Below the pieces are notes generated by a model. That model ran no database searches. It was not told the DNA's origin and saw nothing but the letters and a program-made list of their open reading frames with translations. The position numbers and the translations under genes were made by a program. This document shows positions 33,768 to 47,361 of a stretch of DNA of 64,000 bases, one piece after another. The DNA is taken from positions 1 to 64,000 of the forward strand of contig JAVKOQ020000004.1 in NCBI GenBank assembly GCA_031835245.2. Direction: 5' to 3'. The stretch is from Balamuthia mandrillaris (taxonomy: Eukaryota). How positions within the stretch are numbered: position 1 is the first letter of the stretch; every line of letters begins with the position of its first letter.

Positions 33768-33938
33768 AACAAGACTTTCTTTTGTTGCTGGACATATTTT
33801 TTCTCTGTTGAAAGCGCAAATGTGGGGTTGACGTCACCAACTGCGGTTTATAGCCGTTGCAAAGCTGACGTGAGCCATTCAACGATGAATCGAAGGCGGG
33901 CAACAACGTAAAACAGTTCAACAAAAAAAAAAGCAAAG

Positions 33939-35923
33939 ATGGGAAACCAAGGCAGCATCGAGCCCATTCCTTATCCCGTGGAAGTGAGCTGGCGCGAAGT
34001 GGGCGTCAGCGGCGAAGCACCCCTCCCAAGAGAGGGACACGCAGCCGCTTTGGTCGGAAGAAAGCTTTACGTATTCGGTGGCGCCGGCAGAGATGAGAAC
34101 GATGCTCCTACTCAATACGGCGATCTCCACTCCCTGGATTTGGGTTAGTAGCAGTAACCCAAAGCATACCTCCTCGTTCTCAGCTCTCATTGTGTATTCT
34201 CGTTTTTTTCTGCTCCAGATAGTGGGACGTGGAGCAGGTGGTCTCCACCCTCCACAGCGGCCACAGCAACGCCAGCGCCCCGCACCGGCGGTTGTCTCGC
34301 TGCTGTCGATGGCAAGCTGTATTTGTTTGGAGGGATGAACATGGAAGACCAATGGCTCAGCGACCTTCACATCTTCGATACAGGTGCGTTGTTTTTCAGA
34401 CACGCTCTTTTTCTCTGTGCTTGCTTACGCCTCAGCTTTCTTCTTCCTTTCTTGTTTGCTTGTGGGGGGCGCTCAGAGAAGGGTTGTTGGCAACAGGACA
34501 GAGTAGAAGGAAGGCCGCCTTCACGAAGAGACAAGGCCTGTTGCTGCGCTGTTGGCAAGAAGATATACATTATAGGTGGCTTTGGTCCTGTTCCACCTCC
34601 TTCTGCCTCTTCCGAGGAGGCCAGACAACAGCAGCAGCAGCAAGAAACATCTTCTTCTCCTTCTGAATCTCATCCAACTGCAGAATCGAATGACGAGGAA
34701 GAGGAGGAGGAGGATGAGGAAGAAGAAGAAGCCAGAGGACCTTTTGCCACCTTTGGGTGGTTTGATGACGTTCATGTTCTCGATACAGGTTTAGCTTTCC
34801 ACATTCCATTTTGTCTATTATTTCCCTATGCTTCCCTCATTCTGTTTGCTTGGAATGCTCCAGAAAACATGAAATGGGAACGGCCGTCAACACGTGGACC
34901 AAAACCAACTCCAAGAGCAGCGGCTGGACTTGCTGCTGTTGGCTCTTCTCTTTATCTATTTGGAGGAAGGGACACTACCCGTAGGCAAAACGACCTGCAT
35001 GTGGTTCGTCTCCTTTTTTTCAAAAAAAATATTTATCTTGAAGGTGGTAACGCTAAGCATTCATCTGTTCTTTCGTTTGGGAATTTGTTGCTCTTCCTTT
35101 GCAGCTGGACACAACGACTATGACGTGGCAATTGGTTGCTATCCTCTTTTGTTTTGTGGTATGGTGTTTGTTCATTGTTTAACCACGTAAAAAGCCGGAA
35201 GTGAACGGAATGCGACCGACCGCTCGTTCCTTCCACACATTCACAACGATAGGTAGCCGCCACATCCTCCTTTTTGGCGGCATGTCCAACTCGGACGAAG
35301 TTCTCTCCGACTTGCATGTTTTTGACACAGGTTCTTTTTTCTTTTGTTTCACTCTCTCCTCTCTCCTCTGCTCTCCTCTCTCCTCTCTCATTGTTTCTGA
35401 TCTTGTGACCTGTTGAGAAGAAAGCAAAGCATGGGCCACGCCAACCATCGTCGCAAGTGCTAGCAGCAGCAATGAGGCAACGTCTATTCCCAAAATAAGA
35501 AGACGTTTCCACAGCAGCAACTATGTGTGGGAGGATAATACGGACGATCATAAGGTTGTGTGCTTTGGTGGAGCTTTAGAGTACGACGGCACCACCGGTG
35601 AAGGTCGCAACTTGCAGGCCACCACTTTGGCTTTGGATGTTGCTCCCATCTTGCGAGCCGGAGCAATCGTTCCGCTGCCACCGCCTTCTTCGTTAGCATC
35701 ACCTTCCTCTTCGCCGTCTTCGTCTTCCGTTTCTGTCAACTCCGTTGTGGAAAACAAAAAGAGAAAACGAGAAGATATGGAGGAAAGCAGGAAAGCACAC
35801 AACGGAGAAGGAGATGGTGATAATAATAAGCGAAAGGAAATAAGACTAGACGGAAGTGAAGCGGACGTTCAGCAAAAGGGTGAGGAGAAGGCAGAACCAA
35901 CAGCCTCCAAAGAAGAAAAATAG
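33939..35923 (+). CDS. Kelch-repeat beta-propeller protein (RABEPK/KLHDC-like), multi-exon
   Basis: Repeated P.PREGH...LYVFGG, LYLFGG..LSDLHIFDT, IYIIGG, PTARSFH...LLFGG, VCFGG. Confidence 0.9.
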
Positions 35924-35975
35924 CTCTTAAAAACCAATTGTTGTTGCTGCAGAGGGAGTTAGGTGAGACCAATAA

Positions 35976-36364
35976 TCAGAAAAAAGTGTCATGGCTTCCG
36001 CTGCCGCTGCCACTGCCACTGCCGCTTCCTCCTCCGCTGGGTTTGACGCCATCATCCGAATAAACGAGAGGAAGCACGATGGCTATGACGATCATCGCTA
36101 CCATGAAAAGCACAACAAAGGCAGAGGCCAGCAGCGTGTTCGCCCGGCTCTGTTTAAACGCAAAAAGATGGGTTACCACAAAGTTTTGCAACAACAACAA
36201 CTGAACGACAACAAGAAGAACAAGAAGAAGAACAAAACAAGAACTGCCGCGGTAGGCACACGTACCGACAAACCCCACCGACTGCGGTAGAGAATGACTT
36301 CTTGAAGTTGCCTGGGGGAGTGCTCCTCCAGGTCGAGCGTTATTTCCGTCCTCTCCTCTGCCAT
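35976..36364 (-). CDS. Small tail-anchored membrane protein (putative, one intron)
   Basis: MAEERTEITLDLEEHSPRQLQEVIL start and a C-terminal hydrophobic helix followed by a GS-rich tail. Confidence 0.35.
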
Positions 36365-36633
36365 TTTTTGCTGCTGCGCTCCTCCCTTCGCTTCCTTCCT
36401 TTCCTTTCCTTTTGCTTTTCGGGAAGCCGCCGTTGGTTCAACTCCCATCCGCTACGACTTTATTTTTTCCTTGTCGGCCGCAGGTTCGACGCCCGCTGCA
36501 TCGTATTTTTCTATTTCCATTATCTTCAGCAGACTGGGCTCTCTTTTTTGCTCTTTCAGGTTTGTACCATTTTTTTTTTTGTTGACATGAATGAACAATG
36601 CTTTGTATTTTTTGTCTGTTTTTGTAGGAATGT

Positions 36634-37390
36634 TTATGAACTGGTGTGACGAGGACACCCTTGAGAAAGAGCCCATTCCAACACATTATGGTGTCCATTA
36701 GCTGCTGCAATCTCGTATGTAGCGCCGTCCCATGGACATCCATTGGCACGCAACCACTTGAGCACTTCTAAATGGCCTCCTTCAGCCGCGCTGTAACAGG
36801 TCGCCTCGTTCCAAGGACAGCCCTGCCCATGGAGATACTGCCGCGCATTTGGTTGACTATTTGTTGCTGCCAGGTGACAGGCATGATCATCCCAAGCAAA
36901 ACCACGTTGTCTGGCCCATTTTAGCACTTCCGATCGGCCAGCCGCCGCTGCACTGACATAAGTTAACTCTTCCCAGGCCACTGCAGCACGGGCAAATGTC
37001 CTCCAGCTGCTGTGCACCCACTAATATTGTCAGGACAAAGACAGCCTTTCTCGATAAGCCATTGAAGCACGCTCAATTGGCCCATCTTTGCTGCGATAAT
37101 AGCTTGAAGCGCCGCAGGGTGGACATAAGTCCTCACTCCAAGGACAACCTTGTTCATAAAGCCATTGTAGCACACGCAAATGTCCTTCCTGTGCAGCTGC
37201 ATAGATACACCGATTCTCATTCCAAGGACAGCCTTGCTCTCGAGCCCACTGCAGCACGCCCAACTCCTCGCCTTCTGCTGCCGCCACAGAGGTCATCTCG
37301 TCCCAAGGGCATCCCTGCTCTCGAGCTCACTTAAGCACGGCCAGATGCCCATCTCTTGCGGCAACGGCGCACGTATTTGCGTCCAGTGAT
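36634..37390 (-). pseudogene. Ankyrin-like repeat protein fragment (GHLEVLKWLRANGCPWD family, common in Pandoravirus-type viruses and amoebae)
   Basis: Repeated AA.GGHL.VL.W....GCPW units across several frames, with stops. Confidence 0.8.
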
Positions 37391-37509
37391 ATGCGAACAA
37401 ATGAAAATTCAAGAATTGTAATTTCGCGTATATAAGCCAACCAATCAAAATTCAAACCTTTTTTTTTGTTTATTTTTTTCCTTTTTTCTTTTCTTTTTTT
37501 TTTTGTTGG

Positions 37510-40500
37510 TTAGAGGCCAACCGCTGCTTCGGGAGAAGCGGCAGGCAGACAGGACAGCTGCTCGTTGGCAGTGAAGAGGCCAACGACGTAGTCAGGGAAG
37601 GACTTGTCCGCTCTGTGCCGCTGCAGCAGCTGCTCTATTTGCTCTCTTCGAGTGGCGAACGGCTTCTTGCTGTGGAGCTCTCCTATTTTGGCGTTGCGAA
37701 CGGCCAGGTTGGCGGACACAGCTGTTGCGCGCACCAATGGGGCCATTATAGCTTTGTTCAACACCATGCCGTCTTGGATGGGTCCAAACTTGAGGGCCTA
37801 CCCACGAAAGAAGAGCGTCAGATACAAGAAGATGAAATGAAAGGAGAAGAAGAAGAAGAAGAAGAAGAAGAAGAAGAAGAAGAAGAAGAAGAAGAAGAAG
37901 AAGAAGAAGAAGAAGAAGAAGAAGAAGAAGAAGAAGAAGAAGAAGAAGAAGAAGAAGAAGAAGAAGACGAAGAAGAAAGGAAGAAGGAAGAAGGAAGAAG
38001 AGAGCGAGAGTAAGAAGAAAGAAGAACCGAAAGAGAGAGGGAGAAGAAGGATAAGAACAAGAAATAACAAGGAGAAGAAAGAACAAAAAAATAGGAAAAA
38101 AAAAGAAATGTACTTCAGTTTTGGTGTGAACTTGCACGCGGTAAAGAGAATTAGGGAGAGGGTAGATGACGATGTGGGCATCGTTGAACTGGCTGGTAAT
38201 GGTGGCTGGATCGTATTCCTTTGGATTCTCGCTCCACACTATCTGTACATTATCATTTCCTACATGCCTTTTCTGTAAAATAAAGAAAATGTCGTCCGTA
38301 TTAATGATAAAGAACAAGACGAAGAGGAAGGAGCAGGTTATCAAAAGCAAGCACGGAATTAATACCTTATGGATTTGTTGGTGATCGGAAGAAGAGGTGG
38401 GCATTCTTGTGATGTCATGGAAGATGACCTCGAGGGTGGGCGAAGACCAATAGGGCGCTGTTGGGCCATTCGTTATTCCTTCTCGGCTCAATCCTCCAAC
38501 ATAGCCTCTATGCTTAGTCAGGTCAATCTGTAGAACGATATGTTAGGCTCGGAGAGTAAAACGACAAGGGAAAAGAAAGGGAAGGAAATAGGAAGAAGGA
38601 CGTACATCCCAGCCCAGGCCTTTCACAAAGGAGGCGTAGCTTTCGTTGCTACCTTCATTGGCGAGTATGTCGTACTGATCTTCTTGGTCTTCTTCCACAT
38701 ATATCAGTCCTATCTTCATGACTTCGCGTCTTCTCGAACAAGCAAGTGGTTGTTAGCAGATAACATCAAAAAATAAGACGAAACAAAAGAAAGCTATACC
38801 CATTGACTTGGTCAAGTTGTCTAATGGAGCGCAGCAATCGATCATCCATGTTCAAGAAAGTCAACCGCTTCCGGTTTTCGGGATCCAAAAAGCCCAAGTG
38901 GCTCAACAACAACCTACAGTCATGAAACATGGTCTGTTCTTCCGGAGATAGGCTTTCAGCTTTGAGCGGCAACTTGTTTTGTTGTTGTTCTTCTTGTTGG
39001 TGTGGATGTTTGTCGGCGTCAAAGAGTTCAAGTTGAGCTTGTTGGGCATCCATGGTTTGAATGATACGAAAGAGATCGGAGGAGTAGGCTGGATTGGCTT
39101 GCATCGGTTTATCAAAGTGGTGACGCGGGAGAAGTGGCAACATTTCGTCTTGTTTTTCTGAAAGGCTTTTGTTTTGTTTTGAGGACAGAAAGAAATGATA
39201 AGAGAGATGTTAGTTGATTGAAAATAAAAGAGTAAAGGAAAAAGAACTTACTATTGGAGAAGATGCAACGTTGGATCCAGAGTAAGAGCGGACGGTTCCT
39301 CCGAGCCAGAAGAAGCAACAGTAAACACATCTCTTGGTTCTTCCTGCTCTTCATTAATGTCCGCTTCTTCCTCTTCTTCTTTTAGTTCGTCGTGTCCTTG
39401 TCGTGATACCTTGTTCTTTAGGTCGCGACTGTTTAGGATAGAGACGTTGCTCTTATTGCAGCTGTCAAGTTCACTGGTAACAGCTGCTTCGCTCTTTCGT
39501 GGTTGAGTTAAAGGTGCATTCGAAAGTCGAAGGTCCCAAATGTATTTTCCTGTTGCATCCCTGACACAAAAACGTACTGTGTTGTTTGTTGTTATTAGCA
39601 GAGCGTCATTGGAAAGATTCTCAGAGAGAGGAATGTACCATTTGGATCCGATTCGTGAGTGGCAGAAAGTTTACGAAGCGAAAAGATTCGGGATTCGTTA
39701 TAGACAAAGTAAGTCACTCCTTCTCGCTCTTTATCCTTTGTTTTATTTTTGTATCAGTTTGCTTTTTGCGTAAAGAATTGAAAAGAGAAGAGGACAGAAG
39801 AGAAAGATGAAGAGAAGAGAAAAAACGATAAGCAAAATGTACCAGTTCGTCAGTCGCCTTTTTTCGTTTATAACGGCCCCAAATATACTCTGGGTCGCTG
39901 CAAGTGATTTCACATCCAGGTGAAGATGGATACGTCGCGTAATGGTTGAGCAGAAGAAGGAAGCTCAGCTCAGCCGCTTCTTTGATAGTAGGCGATTGGT
40001 GATAGGGATTGGAACGTAATGCCTCATACAAAGTGTGCATCGTTTTGCAGCTTAACTGGCGATTGGGAAGATGCTTTTGCTGTTTGTTGGTACCGTCAAG
40101 AAATTTAAGCATAGGAGATAAGGACATAAGAAAGAGAAAATAGAAATAGAATGAAATACAAAAGCTTACTTTAGCATCTTCTTGGCGAGAAGCATCCACT
40201 TCAGGTTGGAGTTCGGCATTGGTAACTTCCGTTTTTGGGGGTTCCGTCAAAGATAGCTAGAGGAGAGAGATACAGAGAGAGAGAGAGCAAAAGAGAGCAA
40301 AAAAAAAAACAGTCAGTGGGGATCATTGGAGTACAAAGAAAAAACTCACGTCGCTTCCAAGAAATCCCCATTCGAACGCTCTAAACACAGAAGAGCTTAG
40401 TTGAGGAGAAAGAGCAATGGTGTCACTGTTGCCCATGACCAACACCCAATCTACCATTGTCTGAAAATGAGCCACTATAACCTTCTCTGCATTTGTTTCA

Positions 40501-42641
40501 ACATGGTTTTGTTTTGAGTTTTTCTGTTAGAATAAGGAATTAAAAAAAGTTCAAGAATGTAAGTACAAACCGCGAAGTTGGTCTTTGTCTTTGATCAACA
40601 AAATGATGTTTTGAGAAAGCTGTTGAACTATCTTGTGAACCGTTGGTTCAATGAACTTCAATCGTTGCACGTGCTCGAATGACGTGAACAGATTTAACAC
40701 CGAAAGTGCAGTTACAGCAACGGATGTCTCCTTGTGAGTACATTCTGCTAATATGGCCAAAAGACATTCTTGACTCAAGCTCGAACTTCACAAAACAAAA
40801 AGAAATGGTTAATGAAAGCAGAATGAAAGAAGAGAAGAGAAAAGTTACTTGTATGGCTTTGTAGAGGGGGAGGAGAAGAGGTCTTCGAAGACGAACACTC
40901 CGAGTCCCCAGAGGCACAGCTCTTTGTTGGCAATTGTGATGTTGTCATGTTGCAAAGCCCGAATGAACGATTCTCCAATTGTCGTATGCATCTAACAATG
41001 AGTTGGAGAAAGCTTAGCTTGTAATATTTAAGCAGATATAGGTATGGTTTGAGAGGGGAATGAAAAAAAAAATACTTCAGCAGGGCTCATGTCGTTCAGA
41101 GGAACAGAGGCAAAATGTTTTGGATAGCAGATGAGAGATTGCAACAAGACCAGCGACTTTTTCTGTACATCATCCGGAGGAACTGTCTTTAGTTTCCACT
41201 GTTGAAAAAAATGAAAACATTCAGTAAGAAAAAGTAAAAGAGCACAAAAGAAAACGAAAAAAAGAAAGACACAGTAAAAAGCATAAAGAAAAGAAAAAAG
41301 ACCAGTCGGTTAAACTCTCGCAGGAAATCAGGGATTAGGATAGCAGCCCCAGGAAGGCCCAAAGAGAAGACGTTGGCTGCATTTCGAAAGACGGCCCATT
41401 TGATGGAGGAATGAGCGGATTTGAGGGCCTTGTTAAAGAATACATGAGCTCAATGGGCAGAAGATACAAAGAAGGAGAGATTACCTCTTGAAGGGTCATG
41501 TAAAAGTGCGAAAGCACAGAGAGTGGGGGTGGGATCACATGGCTCTTACAGAATAACCGACACAACGTTGCAATTGCAGTCAGCCGTCCTCTATTTCTCT
41601 TCCTATTGTTGTTACAATCAAGGAATCAGCTTCAACGAAAAACGAAAACCAAACAAGATGAGCAGGAAACAAAACAATAAAGAGTTGAGTATTACTCTTC
41701 AACGCCACATGCTTCAAGGACCCAGGCCAAAAATACAGTGTTGATGGGGACAGGAGGGCGTCGAGAGGAGGGTAACTTGGCCTCCGCTTCGCTAAGGAGT
41801 TGAACTACATCCGACACTCCGCTTATCCCCTCTGCGAAGCTGCTTGGATCTTGTATGTTGCATGGATTCTCTATGACGGCTGTTATCACATTGTAAATAT
41901 ATAGATAGGGGAAAGTAATGCGTAGGAAAAAAAAAAAAAGAGAACTGAGAGAAGAGAGAAAAGATATGGAAGTGATCTAACCAAGAATGTTTTTCCACAT
42001 GGATAATATGGACTCTTTTGTCCATGGTCGAAGTATCATATTGGCATCCCTTTTTTTCAAGAATATTAAATCAGAAACAATTGTTATTAAGAGAACAGAA
42101 AGAGAGACAGAGAGAGAGAGAGAGAGAGAAAGAGAGAGGGAGAGAGAGAGAGACAAACTTAAAATTAACGCTCCAGGGAGAATTGCCTCGGTGGCGATGC
42201 TTCTCCGGTTTCGCTGTCGTTGGGTGAATAAACTTTTTGGCCATCGTCTTAAACTTCATGGAAGTCGATTGTTCAGAGTCCTTGCTGTTGTTTTTCGTAT
42301 GATCTTTCTCTTTTGCTTCCTTCTCGGTCGTAGACTCTATGACTGAAACTTCTGGAAGAGGTTGTGGTTGTTGGTGAGGATGATCTTCTTCGGACGCTTT
42401 CTTGTGTAGATGGTAATAAGGATGGTAATGCAGGGAAATGAGGATTTTCGTTAACTGTACAACTTTGACTTTCCATTGGTTAATCATCAACGACCAAGTC
42501 GACGGATTTGACAACGTTTGAGAAAAACGTTTCCACATGTTCTTTGTTGTGTGGGGAGAGCGTATCCACACCAGAAACAACGCCTAGTTGAAAAGAAGTG
42601 AAGAACACAGCAGCAAAGATTAGAAACGTCGAAAGAGAAAG

Positions 42642-42672
<31 letters not shown>

Positions 42673-44959
42673 GAAAGAGAAGAGGAAGAGAATGTACCTC
42701 TACTAATGATTCTATAATGGAAGCTACAGAGGGATGAAAAGAATAAGACGGTGCTTTTGTTAACATCATTGAAACGCAACTAAGCATGCTCTTCTGTAGC
42801 TTTTTCCTACGGACGTGAAGTAAGATAGAAAATAGAATAGGAAACATAAGTACATGTGAGATGAATAAAAGAGAGACGAAATTCTGAAAAAAGTGTACCA
42901 TGTAGAAGGTTCCATTCTTTGAGCAAAGTCGTAGGAGTAAGTATCAAACATGGACAAGACCTTCTTGCAAATCTGTGTATAGACCGAAACTTGCTCTAAA
43001 AGTGCACTGGATGGAAGCTTCAGTAAAAACACTGAAGGAACGTGTTTTACAAATTGCTGGAAAGAATATCATTTAGTGTGACAAACACGAAAACGCAAAC
43101 AAAAACGAATTCAAAGGCGTAATGCTAACCTGCCAATAAGTCTGAAGATCAGATGGACCGATGAATGCACTTCCCTTTTGAACGATGTGTTGGACCAGCT
43201 CGAGGGCTGCTTCGATGGTGTCAGCATGAGAGAGCGGCAAAAGGAACGCCTGTCGTATGATTTCCATTATCAACACAGCGTAACTCCTTTCCCACAAGAC
43301 TCTGCTCATAGCCTCGGCTTCGTGGTTGCTGGAACTGTCGCGTTGGCTGTTGGACCATTTGGCCATCCATCGTAGGAAGCATTCCTGGAGTTGCGCTGGA
43401 CAGTGCTCCAGAAATGGGTTCACTTTTTTTTCTGTGTGAAAAGAAAAACAATGCCGCTTTTAGGAAGAAGAAGACGGAGGAACGAGAAGAGGGAAGATAC
43501 AATCATGATACCATCTATGTGAGAAATAAGAGCAAGAGAAAGAGCGGCCTTTGGATATAGCACAGCAAAGTAGTGATGAGTCCAGAAGCTCAGCAACAGC
43601 TCCAACGTGATTGGATGCTCTTCGATGTATTCAAAGAGCAGATCGAACAGTGCAACGGCATCTTTGATGGAAGCCGGCCTTGTCGCAGGACATAACGCCA
43701 AAGCATCTGCCTCCCACGCTCTATTATTGCCTGATGTGGTGGCATCGTTGGGAAGAGGCAAGTTCTCCATCGAACTGAAGAGTGCTGATCCTATATTGAT
43801 ATTAGTATTAAGCAAGAAAAGAAAAGACGGCCAGAAGAAAGAATTAACAAGAAAGAAGAAAGAGAACCTTTCGTAGGAGGTTTTGTAGTCGCAGCACTCC
43901 AGGTATTAGAATTTCCTCTTTTACGTGTCTTTACTTCTGCCTTGCCACTCGAAGAAAGTTCAGTTTCCTCCTCCTCCTCCTCTTCATTTTCTACTTCTTC
44001 TTCTTCTTCTTTGTCCTCTCCTTCCTCTGACTCCATTGGCGCAAGGCCTCTGTTGCCTTCTTCTGTTGCTGCTGTCGTAGACACCATAGCGCGATTCCTC
44101 TGTCTATCTCTGCGAGAGACAACCGCAACCGTCCAAGAAGACGCAGAAGAAGGTGAAGACGTTGATGAAGGTGAAGAAGGAGGAGAGAACGTTTCTGGAG
44201 AAAGAGGCCGGTGCGGCGAGATGGACGCTCGAAAAGCTTGTTTGGAGGAAGCAGAGGCTTTAGACTCGACTTCAGATGAGGCTATAGGTGAGGAAGAAGA
44301 ATGCTTTGCAAGTGGCACGTTAGGATGAGAAGAACTCAACGAGTGAACTGTAGATTGTTCTTCCGTAGCAGTAGTAGCAGTAGAAGAAGAAGAGAATGGA
44401 CTGAGATTGATGGCATCGCGGAAGTAAGGCACAAGAGCAGCTAATCCAGGGTAGTCATCCACGTTGCAAGCCAAGCTCCATCGCTTGGAGGAGGCGGAGG
44501 ACGGAAAGGAGGCAGAAGGCGGCATTTGAGTCTCGATGAGGAAGAGCAGGAGCTCGAAAGCTCTCGTCCTGACTTTGGCTTCATTGTCCCTGTGCAAGGT
44601 TGCCTTCAGGATTTGTTCTTCAATGGTTTGGCAAGTCAGAAGCAAGGACACCAACAGGAGAGAGAAGCAGACAAAAATACACAACGGGAAAGAGAGAGAC
44701 AAGAAGAAAGAAAGCAGAGAAGGTTGAAAATAAGAAGAGAAGAGAAGAGAACAAGAGCATGCATGGAGAGTGGAGGGAGAGAGAGAACCAATGGAGGGAA
44801 GAGTTGTTTGGCCATCAATAAAGGAGGAGGCATGCGAAAGCAAGGCGTGAAGGGCTTTGAGCAGAGACAAGGCGTCCCCTTTAAACTGTTTCTTTTCTGT
44901 TACACAACAGTAAAGGTTTAAGTAATGAAAAAAAAAAAAGGAGAAAGAGAGAGAGCGAG

Positions 44960-45007
<48 letters not shown>

Positions 45008-45363
45008 AAGAAAAACCTTTCTTCGGCGAGAGCCGCATCCTTTCCAACTTCTCGACCAGCAAATCCAAAACGGCGTGGCCATGTTCCTCGTAAAACAGCT
45101 TTTGTTCGGGCACAGTTGCAGAGTCTATTTTATTTTTATTTTTTTTGAAAAGTTTGAGGGATGAAGCAGAGAGCAAAGCAATAGATAGGCAAACGAAGAA
45201 CAAACACAAAGGAGGGAGATGGAGATTTACCAAGCCAAGAGACCAAACACTTGAACCGCTTTTCCGGTTCCTTCTTCTGCTTGAAGAAATCTTTGAGCTT
45301 CTTGGTGGTGGTCGAGGCGGCGAGCGTGTGCTTCCGCTCCTTTCTGGTCGGTGGTTCTGCCAT
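37510..45363 (-). CDS. RALGAPA: RalGAP alpha-like (Rap-GAP domain) protein, many exons
   Basis: N-terminal KKEPEKRFKCL...EQKLFYEEH...LHRDNEAKVRTRAFELLL, GKYIWD, RLLLSHLG, EVIFHDITRMP, KRHVGNDNVQIVWSE...SQFNDAHIVIYPL (Asn thumb intact), LVRATAVSA. Confidence 0.8.
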
Positions 45364-45499
45364 CTCTTTTTCAGTTGGGGTATATGGTTTTAATACTTCT
45401 TCCCTTCTCCCTTCCTTCTTCTTATTTGCAGCACTTCACTTCATTACTTCAATTATTACAGAACACTTTCCTTTCAGCGGAGAGAAGGCAGAAGAGAGC

Positions 45500-46090
45500 G
45501 AACGGCTATTCACGGCGGTGTTTCGGTTTGTTGTTCAACCATGGAGATATAAAGGCTAAATGGTTATCCAGGTGTCCTTCAAACACCCTCCGAAGAACAT
45601 CCTTGTTTTCGTCCCTAGTTGAGCCGTCCTGGCTTGCCAGCTCCAGGGGGGCATCCGTTAGGGATGGCCCATTTGCAGCAGCACCCAGCCGCCCATCCAT
45701 GGCAGCCCGCTTGTAGGTCTCCTCACTCCAAGGGCCATCCATTCGCTCCTGCTCATTGCAGCACCTTCAAGTGCCCCCTCCTGGCGAGCAAGAGTGCAGG
45801 TCTCCTCACTCCAAGGACATCCATTCGGTTTTGCCCGTTGCAAACACTTCCAAATGGCCGTGCTAAGCAGCGTACGTTGCAGGGCTGCTTGTCCCAAGGG
45901 CATGTATTCGCTCTTGCCCATTGCAATGCCTCCAAATGACCATGCTTAGCAGCCCAGAGAAATAATAATTCGTTCTCTCTGGCCCATTGCACGCGGCATT
46001 GCCGACACCAGGTCCATTGGCTCCAAGGGCATGCGTTTGCTCGAGACCATTGCAAGCACTTTCACATTCCCATTATAGGCAGCTATCTTG
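45500..46090 (-). pseudogene. Second ankyrin-like (GCPW) repeat fragment
   Basis: AAKHGHLEALQWARANTCPWD, NGCPWSEETC and GHLKVLQ in shifting frames. Confidence 0.75.
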
Positions 46091-47361
46091 CAGTCACTAC
46101 TCCAGAGGAGGAGACTCTCTTTCCTTTGTTTACCAGGTCTTTTTATGTAAGATGGAGGTACAAAAAGATAAGGCCACCCTCGCAGCAACAGGCCTGCTGT
46201 CGGTTTGCCCTCCAACCGGTTCTACTGGCCACTGCTGCCCTCAAGAGCAGCGGAATGACTGGAAGTCTTTTTATTTACAACCGCAAGGCTCAAACTTTTA
46301 ACCTTCTCTCTCCCCCTATGCTTCTTCTGCTGATTCATAAAATAGTATCACGTCATCTTCCATGGAACTCGTCTTGGTCCTCACGTGTTCCACAACGACA
46401 CGAAATGGTGGTGCATGACCATGAAAAAATCATTAAGCACGGCAGTGGGGTCAAAAAAAGAGAAGAGGAGAACCTCGTGGAGCCACACCCACACCATGCG
46501 TGCTGGCAAAATGGCGCAGCAGAGCTGTTGTTCTTGAATTAGGTTCCGCATGATATCCTAAATGTTCAGACACAAAACGAAGCATTTTGGAGAATGATGA
46601 GTCGGAATCGTTGGAGTGGCTTGAACCAATCGAATTGATTTTAAGTCCGCACGGAGTCCGTTACCCCTCTATCGCAGGAGAGTCAGTATCGTTGGGTTTC
46701 TTTTAAAAGTCCAAAGGTGATATGGCAACATACAAGGAGTGGAGCCAGTCCACCAGCATTCCATGAAAAAAATTAACTTGAGAAGGCGTGCCACAGGCCT
46801 TGATGACGGTCATGTACTCTTCCGAGCCATCCGCTCTTGGCTGTCTGGCGATCGTCTCAGCAAGACCCAAGGAGTGCATTTTTTTTCCATACCTCCCGTT
46901 TTGTGGTAAGAGCGTCGTAGGGTAGTATAATGGTACAGCCTTCCTTTTCTTCGCAACCACAAGGCCCTTTGGAGCAACGAGGACACTCCATGCTCGCTAC
47001 GCTTTTTTTGTTGTGGTGTAGTCTGCTGCTTGCGTAGCGGACAAATTTGTCGACATTTAATCCTTATTTGGAAACACTTTGACCAATAAGAAATCAATTG
47101 CTGATCTCATTATTTTCCATGTTAGGTCTTTCCTAGAAATCAAACTCTAGATCACCAATCGAAAATCAAAAATACTCTACTTCTGAACCACATACCGTCC
47201 TGATCTACACCCTGGCACGTCCGAACTTGCAGCAAAGATCAGCACGATCCTTGCCTTGATCATCTCCACAATACACGTATTAATTTTGCTATCAAATATT
47301 GCACAACCTACGGGGAGGAAGAAAGAGGTCACTAGTGAAGACACCACCACTTTGTTGCAAC

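Noticed and set aside
46703..46960. Short coding-like fragment between the RalGAP genes
   Set aside because: No recognisable motif, start or splice context, so it cannot be supported.
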